Virus record (IMG/VR): IMGVR_UViG_3300026116_000035
Source of the DNA: a virus
Taxonomy: Duplodnaviria; Caudoviricetes
Reading direction: 5' to 3' (one strand)
Length of the DNA stretch: 64,000 nt
The position numbers were made by a program, and so were the translations under genes. Below the pieces are notes generated by a model that had not been told where the DNA came from, made no database searches, and worked only from the letters and a program-made list of their open reading frames with translations. This document shows, piece by piece, positions 48,168-56,758 of the stretch. The stretch's first letter is position 1; every line of letters starts with the position of its first letter.

Positions 48168-48812
48168 ATGACATTTTCTAAATTAGCTGAATCAATAAAT
48201 ATGTCACTAGATGTACCGTCTTCTGAAAAAAAGATTGCACAGATGGTTGTACGTAAATTTCAGCAATTAAGTAAAAAAATAGACGCTTTTGATAAGCATT
48301 TAGATATTTTATATAATCCTTTTAAATCTCATGAGACTGTAACGGAAGAATCTGTTATACAGCATCGAGCTGCATTAAGGCGATATCGAGACAAAATTAA
48401 AGATAATTTTGCTAATATTAAAGTTTTTATTGTTTCATGCATTACTGATTTAAATTATTTTTCTTCAGATACACATATTTCTGAGTTAATGAAATCTTTT
48501 AATGATTCAATTGGTGATATAGAAGAAGCATTGGAAGATTTATTAACTAATTTGGATAATTGGAAAAACAAAGAATATCGTACAAATGTTATGAAATGTA
48601 TTGAATCTGTAAAAAAACAATGCAATCAATTAGATGATTTAATAAATGATCGAATTATTGATGACATAAATACGAATATTTTGGCAAAGAATTGGACCGA
48701 TAATTTAGATGATAAATTAAAATCATCAATTAAAGATAAAGAACCGTATGTTAAACGACTTCATGAAGATCGTGAACAGAGATTAAAAGAATTATTGAAT
48801 GTAGGAGAATAA
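48168..48812 (+). CDS. helical hypothetical protein
   Basis: ORF track. Confidence 0.7.
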   Translation: MTFSKLAESINMSLDVPSSEKKIAQMVVRKFQQLSKKIDAFDKHLDILYNPFKSHETVTEESVIQHRAALRRYRDKIKDNFANIKVFIVSCITDLNYFSSDTHISELMKSFNDSIGDIEEALEDLLTNLDNWKNKEYRTNVMKCIESVKKQCNQLDDLINDRIIDDINTNILAKNWTDNLDDKLKSSIKDKEPYVKRLHEDREQRLKELLNVGE

Positions 48813-48959
48813 ATGTTAATTAAGCAGGGTGATGGGAAAGTTTTAAAAGTAATTGATGCTGAAGAGATGTTAAATCTTGATCAAAATAAAGTTGCACAAT
48901 TATTTGATGAACCTAAAAAAGATTTAAATAAAGACAAAAATAAAAAAGAATATAAATAA
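48813..48959 (+). CDS. 48-aa protein upstream of the prohead protease, not in ORF track
   Basis: AGGAG RBS; MLIKQGDGKVLKVIDAEEMLNLDQNKVAQLFDEPKKDLNKDKNKKEYK. Confidence 0.65.
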   Translation: MLIKQGDGKVLKVIDAEEMLNLDQNKVAQLFDEPKKDLNKDKNKKEYK

Positions 48960-48996
48960 TATTTTATATTTAATTTAAGTAAATTCTGGAGAATCA

Positions 48997-51900
48997 ATGA
49001 GTTTTGTGAAAATTGGTGAAAATTTTGAAATAAATAGTAATGATATTAAGACTACAGATTCGGTTTTATCTGAATTAGATTCTTCAGTATTAGATCAGTT
49101 TATACGAACCGCTTCTGATTTAAAAAAAATCGCCCCGAAAGCTAAAGATTTCTTATATTTTACTGGTATTATGTTACACGCTGCAGAAGCCGCTTTATAT
49201 GATGACGAAGGTAATATAAAGAAAGATGCTAAAGGTCAAGATGTTTCTGCTAAATGGGAAGTTAACGAAAAAACGGGTTCATGGAAATGGGTTTGCTCAG
49301 ATAAATCTATTAAACCAATGAAAAATAATAATGGTGATATTTTCCCTGAACCAGAATTAAAAATAGCTTATAAAAAATGGGTAGGTAAACCTCTCTGTAT
49401 TGATCATAAATCAAGTTCAGTAGATCATATTCGTGGTGTTATTGTTGATACTTTTTATGATGATAAATTAAAGAGGGTAATCGGTCTTTGTGCTTTAGAT
49501 AAAGTTAATTATCCTGATTTGGCAAGAAAAGTATCTACAGGTTATTCAGCTAATTTAAGCATGGGTACGGGTGTTTCTTGTGCAATTTGTTATGATTGTG
49601 GAAAAGCTGCAAGAGTAGAAGCTGATTTTTGTAATCATATGAGATCTAAATCATGTTATGGTGAAATTAATACAGGTCTTTCTCCAATTGAGTTATCGAT
49701 TGTTGTAAATCCAGCTGATCCTAAAGCTAGAATTCGTCATATTGTTGCGGCAGCTGATTCAATTGCTAAATATGTAGAACAAAAAGAATTGAGTTTAAAA
49801 ACATCATTATCATCTAATGATTTTGATAAATTAGAAAAAGATTTAGAAAATGCGCAAGATAGTTTAAATAAATTAAAGGAAGGCTTATCCGATTTTAAAA
49901 AAGAAGAATTGGATGAGGAAAAAGACGAAGAGTCAGATAAAAATGACGCTGGTGTAAAAAATATGGCAGAAACGGATATAGAGAATACAGACAGGAATTA
50001 TAATATGCCTGCCCGTTTTGCTGAAGAAAATGATTTAAATTCATTAAATTACAAATTAATTTTTGGAAAATTAAATGGATTGGAAGAAAAGATTAACAAT
50101 TTTATCAATAAAATGGCTTCTATAGAGAAGACTAATAATTTTAGTGAGGAAACAGATATGGCTAATGAAAAAAAGGCGTACTTTCAAGGCGGTGGAGAGG
50201 GCAATGAACCAGCTCCCAAGGCAGTAAAGTACCCCAAAGAGGATTCAGATAAGATTCGCGAAAAAGAAGACAAGCAAATGTCTCCAGAACCATCCAGTAT
50301 GGGTGCAGACGGTCTTCATCCTGGTGACGAAGCAAAGAAAAAACTCTTATTAAGAGCTTCAGAATTAGAGGCACGTGCTTTACGTCGTAAAGAAGCTGTT
50401 GAAAAAGTTAAATCAGTATTAAAGAGCAAAGAAGCTTACTTTAATGGTGGTGGTGAAGGTAATGAACCTACGCCTGGTAAAGCAAAATATCCCAAAGAGG
50501 ATTCAGATAAGACTCGCGAAAAAGAAGATAAACAAATGGTTGGAGCTCCACCGTTTCCGAGCGTTGGTAAAATTGATGGTCTTTATGGCGATGATTTGAA
50601 AAAGAAAGAAATGCTTAGCCGTGCTACATTAAATGCTCGGTTTATTAAAGCTGCTAATGCTGATGGTTCTGATAATATTGGAAACTCAGGCTGGCATGTA
50701 TTTTCAAAAACTGAAAATGGTGAGAAATTAATTCTTACGGCTACAGTTTCTGATATTGCTGGTGATAAAGCTGAAGCTTTCTATGATTCAATTGCTACCA
50801 AGGCCTTCGGTTCAAAAATTATAAATACGATTAAGACACAAGGTTTTGAAAAAGCTGTTAAAATGTACAAGGGTGCTCAAGAAGTCCATGTTAATCCGCT
50901 TCATTTAGATGGGTTAACCTCAGGCGCTCAACCATCTAAAGAAGAAGTTGATGCCGCTGAGGATTATCGCATTCTTCATAATGGCGAATATCCTGCAGAT
51001 TTCGTAAAGAAATATCCTACGTATCGCGCTGGAATGAAAGCTACTGCTCAAGCTGCTCCAATTATGCCAGCTAGCGCTCCAGGTGCTGCAGTTGATTCAA
51101 ATATGCCATCTGAAGTTCCTGCTAAAGCTGAAGATAAGGGCGCAGATGGTAATCCTGCCGATCAGATTGCCGCTCAAATTGAAGAAATTGATAATATTAC
51201 TGCTGATATGAAAAAAGCTGTTGAATCATTAGAAGATGAAAATACTAATGACCTTGGTGGTTTGCCTGCAAGTTCAGCATCATCTGTTTCTTTGCCTGAT
51301 ATGCGCAAGACTTTAAACTCTGCATTAAAGAAGGGTTTCAAGCAGGCTGTTTCAGAACTTCAGGATAATAAAGAGGAACTTGAATTAATTGTTAATGTTC
51401 AAAAAAATTCAAGCGCTTCAAAAGAAAATTCACAATTAGTAAAAACTATTGTATCAGCTGCACTTAATGACGCGAAGACCTCTACTGCTAATGCTTATAA
51501 ATTAATGTCAGCATTTGTTAAGTATGCTCATGGTACGGACGCTCTTTTAAAGAAAGCAGCAGAAGAGGCTAAAATGAAAAAATCTGCACAAGAAGCTAAC
51601 GATCCGCATGATTGGAAGCAAACTATGGAAGACTTAAAGAAGGTTAATCCTCCTCCTACTCCGGAAGAGAAATTCCCATTGAAAGTTGATCCTAAACCTG
51701 TTCCGCCAGGCACTTTACAACCGATTTTCGAAAGCGGTAATGTTGAAGATAGTAATGATGCCGTTTCTTTTGAAATTGGTGATGACGGAAAAGTTAAAGG
51801 CACTGCTGATAGTTTGGCCGATGTTAAAGCTGGTGCTGAATATGATCTTAATACGCCTGAAGGTCGCGCTGTAATGCGTGCCAAGATTGCGCAAAAAGGT

Positions 51901-52596
51901 CTTAAATTCAGTGATATGATTGGTAAAGCACATCCTAAAGGTGGCACGGTAGTTCCAGGCCTCAATTCAAAACCCACTGGTGATTTAGCTAAGGTTGAAG
52001 ATATTGAAGAAGCACATGATAAGATTATGGATATCGTTTCAACGGTTACCCCGAAAGTACGTACCGCTGCCGAACAAATCCAAAAACTTGTTGTTGCTGG
52101 CAAAATTGATCCAGCTAAAGATTTTGACGGATTAATTGCCGAAGGTCTTGATTCAGCGGCTGTTTCTTTCTGGAAGAAATTCTATGGTGAAGCAAAAGAT
52201 GGTGGATCACAATTTGCTGCTGATCTTGTGAAAAATTATGAAACCAAGAAATCAGCTGAACTTGAGAGTGCTGTAACTGTTAAAGTTTCTCGTGCATTTG
52301 AGTTAGCTCATGAAATGGCTGAGCGTGGTATGATTGCTAATAATGCTGGTGCGATTAGAGCTCAAGCTGATGAAATTGTTAAATACAATGACGCCAGTTT
52401 TGATAGCCTTAAGAAAGTTGTAGCTCGTCAGGGCTCAATGGCTAAGACCGCTTCTCATTTACCGGTTGTTGGTTATCAGCATGAATCAATAATTGATGCT
52501 GCTGGATTAACTCTTCCTGGAGCCGGTTCAGGTTCCGATTTAAGAAGCCAGCTTGAAGCAGCTTTTAATACACCCGTTCGTCCAGGTAAACGCTAA
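48997..52596 (+). CDS. prohead protease fused to long scaffold region
   Basis: GGAG RBS; HK97/herpes-type protease pattern CIDH...LSMG...ELSIVVNPADPKA in the N-terminal ~260 aa, then low-complexity and helical scaffold; upstream of decoration and MCP genes. Confidence 0.8.
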   Translation: MSFVKIGENFEINSNDIKTTDSVLSELDSSVLDQFIRTASDLKKIAPKAKDFLYFTGIMLHAAEAALYDDEGNIKKDAKGQDVSAKWEVNEKTGSWKWVCSDKSIKPMKNNNGDIFPEPELKIAYKKWVGKPLCIDHKSSSVDHIRGVIVDTFYDDKLKRVIGLCALDKVNYPDLARKVSTGYSANLSMGTGVSCAICYDCGKAARVEADFCNHMRSKSCYGEINTGLSPIELSIVVNPADPKARIRHIVAAADSIAKYVEQKELSLKTSLSSNDFDKLEKDLENAQDSLNKLKEGLSDFKKEELDEEKDEESDKNDAGVKNMAETDIENTDRNYNMPARFAEENDLNSLNYKLIFGKLNGLEEKINNFINKMASIEKTNNFSEETDMANEKKAYFQGGGEGNEPAPKAVKYPKEDSDKIREKEDKQMSPEPSSMGADGLHPGDEAKKKLLLRASELEARALRRKEAVEKVKSVLKSKEAYFNGGGEGNEPTPGKAKYPKEDSDKTREKEDKQMVGAPPFPSVGKIDGLYGDDLKKKEMLSRATLNARFIKAANADGSDNIGNSGWHVFSKTENGEKLILTATVSDIAGDKAEAFYDSIATKAFGSKIINTIKTQGFEKAVKMYKGAQEVHVNPLHLDGLTSGAQPSKEEVDAAEDYRILHNGEYPADFVKKYPTYRAGMKATAQAAPIMPASAPGAAVDSNMPSEVPAKAEDKGADGNPADQIAAQIEEIDNITADMKKAVESLEDENTNDLGGLPASSASSVSLPDMRKTLNSALKKGFKQAVSELQDNKEELELIVNVQKNSSASKENSQLVKTIVSAALNDAKTSTANAYKLMSAFVKYAHGTDALLKKAAEEAKMKKSAQEANDPHDWKQTMEDLKKVNPPPTPEEKFPLKVDPKPVPPGTLQPIFESGNVEDSNDAVSFEIGDDGKVKGTADSLADVKAGAEYDLNTPEGRAVMRAKIAQKGLKFSDMIGKAHPKGGTVVPGLNSKPTGDLAKVEDIEEAHDKIMDIVSTVTPKVRTAAEQIQKLVVAGKIDPAKDFDGLIAEGLDSAAVSFWKKFYGEAKDGGSQFAADLVKNYETKKSAELESAVTVKVSRAFELAHEMAERGMIANNAGAIRAQADEIVKYNDASFDSLKKVVARQGSMAKTASHLPVVGYQHESIIDAAGLTLPGAGSGSDLRSQLEAAFNTPVRPGKR
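50146..50160 (+). promoter_or_regulatory. internal RBS plus in-frame ATG (candidate nested scaffold gene 50158..52596)
   Basis: GAGGA-aacagat-ATG; in frame (Met388) with 48997..52596. Confidence 0.6.
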
Positions 52597-52605
52597 ACTG
52601 AAATT

Positions 52606-52657
52606 TTAATATAGTGGGTTTGTATTAAATTATGAGCCCACTATATTAATTTTTTTT
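52606..52657 (+). terminator. intrinsic terminator
   Basis: TTAATATAGTGGGTT / AGCCCACTATATTAA stem plus T tract. Confidence 0.8.
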
Positions 52658-52680
52658 ACGATTTTAAATAGGAACTTAAA

Positions 52681-54426
52681 ATGTCTTCAAAATTTTCTGA
52701 TCAAGTAGCTCAAGGAATGAGTCAAATATTAAACGATAAAAATTTTCAAAAAGTTTTTACGCCAGCTGTTAAAGTAGCTTCCGATAGCACTGTTACTGAA
52801 GGTGAATCTTCAGATGACGAAGATGCGTTTAAAGCATTTGCTGAACTTGCTGTTACCGCCAAAAAGAAAAAAGAAGATGATGAAAAGTCAGAAGATGATA
52901 AATCTGATGATAAAAAATCTAAAAAAGAAGATAAATCAGAAGATAAGTCTGATGATAAAAAAGAATTAAAAAAGAGTAAAAAAGATAAAAGTGATTCTGA
53001 TAAAGATGAAGTTAAAGAAGATAAATCAAAAAATAAAAAGAAATCATTTCCTTTTTTCAAAAAGAAAAAAGCTGATGATCAATTATACGCTTCAGCTTTA
53101 AGACATATAGTTGAATCATTTACTAAAACTTCTTCAGTTCTTGAAAATATGGGTTTAGAAAAAAGTTCAATTGCTACTATGGCTATTCTTAATCACATAA
53201 TTGAAGAAGCTGCCTATATTAAAATGGCTAAAAATTCACTTCCTCATTTAAATCATAAATTAAAAGATCTTAAAGAAAGATTCAAAAAATTACATGATCC
53301 TGAATCACACTATGATGCTGATTTAGCTGAAGAATTAGATAATGAAATAACCGAAATTGAAGATACAATTAAAGCGTTAGAAGAAGATAAAGGTGAAGAT
53401 AAAAAGAAAGATTCTGAAGATTTGCATGAAAAATTAAAAAATCTTAAAGAGAAATTTAAAAAATTACATAGTGCTGATTCATCTTATGATGCTGATGTAG
53501 CCGAAGAATTAGATAAAGAAATTACTGAAACTGAAAATAAGATTAAATCATTAAAAGAAGATGATAATGATGTACGTGGAACCGATTTACTTTTGGGTTT
53601 AGATGATCCGGAAGCACGTGAAGGTTTTTTAGATGATCATGTAGATGATCCTCGTTCATCTGCAGTATTAGAAGATATACTTACAAAAAATCCTAAATTA
53701 GTTGATGATATTGTTCCAGGATTAAAAAGTAAATTTAATGATGAGACAATTGAGGAGCAATTAAAAAATAGAATTAAATCTCGTTTACCTTCTATAATTG
53801 AAACGCCTGAAGATGATGATATTGAATCGATAATGAATGCATATAATGAAGCGCGCCAAGCAATTCCTGGTATGGCTAAATTACCTCATGAACATGATAT
53901 TGAAAAAAAACATGATCCATTAAAAACAAAAATTGATGAATTAAACGCAGATGATATGGATGATGATGTTTTAATTAAAAAAATGCTTAAAGAATTATCT
54001 ATTAATTCTGAAGAATATGATGACTCAGGTGAAATTAATTGTACACTTTTAGCAGAAAATATGGCTGATAAATATGATCTTTATGAAGGCGATAATTATG
54101 ATATTCCGGAATATGTATTTGACTGTGCCGTTGAAGCTGCTGAAAAATTTGAAAAATTAAATAAAGAAGATGAGCATGATTGTGATGATAAATGTAATCA
54201 TGTACTTCAAGCATTTAATTTAGTTAATCAATGGGTTAAAGAAGCTGATGAATCAACTTTTGAAGATGAAGGTAATACAAAAGTTACGGATGATGATCTT
54301 AAATCAGTTTTAGATGTAATTGGTGGATATTCAGATAAAGAAATTAATGATAGAGCATCATTATCTAATCCAAGTGATTTAGATGCTTATACTCAAGAAT
54401 TTTATGATGCAGTAGGTAAAAAGTGA
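52681..54426 (+). CDS. acidic probable internal head/scaffold-like protein with 58-aa tandem repeat
   Basis: K/D/S/E low-complexity block; repeat units start at 53248 and 53422; KVAS, KKAD, KEAD motifs. Confidence 0.65.
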   Translation: MSSKFSDQVAQGMSQILNDKNFQKVFTPAVKVASDSTVTEGESSDDEDAFKAFAELAVTAKKKKEDDEKSEDDKSDDKKSKKEDKSEDKSDDKKELKKSKKDKSDSDKDEVKEDKSKNKKKSFPFFKKKKADDQLYASALRHIVESFTKTSSVLENMGLEKSSIATMAILNHIIEEAAYIKMAKNSLPHLNHKLKDLKERFKKLHDPESHYDADLAEELDNEITEIEDTIKALEEDKGEDKKKDSEDLHEKLKNLKEKFKKLHSADSSYDADVAEELDKEITETENKIKSLKEDDNDVRGTDLLLGLDDPEAREGFLDDHVDDPRSSAVLEDILTKNPKLVDDIVPGLKSKFNDETIEEQLKNRIKSRLPSIIETPEDDDIESIMNAYNEARQAIPGMAKLPHEHDIEKKHDPLKTKIDELNADDMDDDVLIKKMLKELSINSEEYDDSGEINCTLLAENMADKYDLYEGDNYDIPEYVFDCAVEAAEKFEKLNKEDEHDCDDKCNHVLQAFNLVNQWVKEADESTFEDEGNTKVTDDDLKSVLDVIGGYSDKEINDRASLSNPSDLDAYTQEFYDAVGKK

Positions 54427-54635
54427 TATTTAATAAAAAAACTATATTAGCTGAAGAATTAGCTTCTTCAATGAATAATCTTTTAAAAAAGACCGCATCT
54501 TCTGATGTTGTTGAAGCTAAGTCAGAAAAATTAATATCTGATTTAAGCCGTTCATCTGAAATATTTGATGATATTGGAAATCATAAAACGGCGGAAATTA
54601 TAACCAAAATTCTTGAAAAAATAGCTGGAATATAA
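54423..54635 (+). CDS. small head-block protein (helical module)
   Basis: KTAS; LSRSSEIFDDIGNHKTAEII; GTG start overlapping previous stop. Confidence 0.6.
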   Translation: MIFNKKTILAEELASSMNNLLKKTASSDVVEAKSEKLISDLSRSSEIFDDIGNHKTAEIITKILEKIAGI

Positions 54636-55217
54636 ATGTTTAAAATTAATGAATCAGTTTATGATGAGGTAGTGGCACAATTAGAAGTTAATTTGAATAA
54701 AATTGCTTTTGATGAAGCTACCGAATTAGAGCAAAAGAAACTTGAAGCTTTAAATTTATTAAATTCTTCAGCTGAATTATTGGAGCAATTTGGTTTTGAA
54801 AAAGAAGCGGAAATAATTACAAAATTAATATTAATAAATGCTAGTAATATAAAACATTTTCACACTGAAGAATCTGGAATACCTGTAATTTATTTAATTA
54901 AAGATGATCCGGATTTTAATACTTTTTGTGCTTCTTGCGCTAAGAAATTACAAGATGAAGGAAAAGATATCATAGGACACGCATATGAAGAAGGGCCAAA
55001 TCGGGAATGTGCATTATGTGGCACCGATTTAGAATCAGCTATGGGTCAAGATGCTTATTATAAAACTTACGGTGATTCAGATGATAATAATACATCAGAT
55101 TATAAAAAAACTCACGAAGGGCCAGACGAATATAAAAAAGAAAAATTAGAAGATCAATATTTAGAAGAAATCCTTCATGAATTAGATGAAGGTGAAGAAG
55201 ATCAAGTTTTTATCTAA
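54636..55217 (+). CDS. head-block protein with helical module and zinc site
   Basis: LNSSAELLEQFGFEKEAEII; CASC...CALC. Confidence 0.65.
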   Translation: MFKINESVYDEVVAQLEVNLNKIAFDEATELEQKKLEALNLLNSSAELLEQFGFEKEAEIITKLILINASNIKHFHTEESGIPVIYLIKDDPDFNTFCASCAKKLQDEGKDIIGHAYEEGPNRECALCGTDLESAMGQDAYYKTYGDSDDNNTSDYKKTHEGPDEYKKEKLEDQYLEEILHELDEGEEDQVFI

Positions 55218-55240
55218 ATTTATAAAAAGACTTAACTTAT

Positions 55241-55280
55241 AAGCTCCCTCGGACTTGTTTCGAAGGAGCTTTTTTATTTT
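55241..55280 (+). terminator. intrinsic terminator
   Basis: AAGCTCC.TCGGA / TTCGA.GGAGCTT stem plus T tract. Confidence 0.75.
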
Positions 55281-55343
55281 TAAATATTCATGTTATATAG
55301 ATTATGCATAAAATAACATGATTTATGTAATATAAGGAAATAT

Positions 55344-56039
55344 ATGCTTAGAATTATTCAAGCTGGAAATTCTCTACCAACAAGTTTTCCAGTTGATCCA
55401 AATGCTGAATTTATGCCAGGAATGTGTGGTCAATTAACTACACTTGGGTCTAATATTGTTTGTGGGGTTTCGGATGGTTCAGCACCATTAGGTATAATTG
55501 ATGATATTAAAACAAGAGCTTTTTATGCCCCTTCTGTTGATGAAATTGTAATTGTTGGACCGCTTGCTGGTGTTATGGGCCAAGGTGGATATTTAGTTAC
55601 TCCAAATGATGTTAAAGCAGAATTAGATCATGCTTACATTCGTCCTAGTTCATTTATTTCAAATCCAGTAGATGTAGAATTAAAACCTACAAATGGAGTA
55701 GTTACATTTTTAGCAGGAACACCGTTAAATTTTGATGCAGATGGAGATGGTATTCCCGATTCTATTCGTACTGTCGTTAGTTATTCATATCAAGTGCCTA
55801 ATGTAATTGGAGATGATTCAACTATTGCTTCTGGACGAATAACTCTTTGGTATTCTCGTATGATTTTTGAAACTGATCAATTTTCAACTTCAGAACGTTA
55901 TCCAATAAATGCATCTTTATTTTGTGGTCCGGATGGTAAATTAACTACAAAACAAGCTGATCCTAATTATCCAGGTATCGCTTTAGTTCTAGCTCCGCCA
56001 ACTTCAATTCTTGGTTCTCTTCAAGCTTTATGGATTTAA
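55344..56039 (+). CDS. capsid decoration/cement-like protein (paralogue of 62442..63107)
   Basis: MLRIIQAG..., SDG.APLGIIDD, SGRITLW, LFCGPDGKLTT; beta-rich. Confidence 0.55.
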   Translation: MLRIIQAGNSLPTSFPVDPNAEFMPGMCGQLTTLGSNIVCGVSDGSAPLGIIDDIKTRAFYAPSVDEIVIVGPLAGVMGQGGYLVTPNDVKAELDHAYIRPSSFISNPVDVELKPTNGVVTFLAGTPLNFDADGDGIPDSIRTVVSYSYQVPNVIGDDSTIASGRITLWYSRMIFETDQFSTSERYPINASLFCGPDGKLTTKQADPNYPGIALVLAPPTSILGSLQALWI

Positions 56040-56051
56040 AATATATAAATT

Positions 56052-56423
56052 ATGTTTAAATTAATAGAATCGCTAAATAAAGGATTTATTCGGTTTCAAA
56101 TAGTTGGATCAAATATTTCCGTTGGCCATATAGTTCAAACAAAAGAAATTTCTGGAGATTTATTTGTAGAAAAATCTGATGGAAGTAGACCATTTGGATT
56201 TGTAGGAGATATAGAAGATAATTGGGCGAAAATATATTCATCTAGAATGATTTGTAGAACTAGTAAATTTGATAAAAGTTTAACATATAAAGGTGGAGAT
56301 TTTCTATATGTTAATGATGGAATTTTAACTAATATTAAAACTAATATTTCTCATTATAGTGTTGGAAATTTAATAACTGACTTTAGGCCTAAATATAATT
56401 ATATAGAATTAAATTGGCTTTGA
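56052..56423 (+). CDS. short paralogue of the decoration-like family
   Basis: KSDGSRPFGFVGD, GDFLYVNDGILT. Confidence 0.5.
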   Translation: MFKLIESLNKGFIRFQIVGSNISVGHIVQTKEISGDLFVEKSDGSRPFGFVGDIEDNWAKIYSSRMICRTSKFDKSLTYKGGDFLYVNDGILTNIKTNISHYSVGNLITDFRPKYNYIELNWL

Positions 56424-56749
56424 ATAATGGCATAAAGTATCATTATATTAAGGAGTATTTCATGGATGATATGACATGGCGTAGCTGTATGGCTAGTGAA
56501 ATTTTTAGAAATTATATTTTTAATGAAACGGCTAAAGAAAAAGCTAATATTAAGTCTGCTGAAAAAATTGCCGAAGAAAATTTAGAAATAATGAATAGTT
56601 TTGAACAATTTCAGCAACAAATAAATGAATCTCCAAAACTAAAAGATACATTTAAACAATTACAACATATTTTTGCCACTAATCAAAAATACACTCAAAC
56701 TGTAGATCCTTTGTTTGTTGAAGGTGTCTTATTGTTAAAAATTGATTGA
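56414..56749 (+). CDS. hypothetical protein
   Basis: ORF track; probable start at ATG 56462 after AAGGAG. Confidence 0.6.
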   Translation: MALNNGIKYHYIKEYFMDDMTWRSCMASEIFRNYIFNETAKEKANIKSAEKIAEENLEIMNSFEQFQQQINESPKLKDTFKQLQHIFATNQKYTQTVDPLFVEGVLLLKID

Positions 56750-56758
56750 GGAATATAA

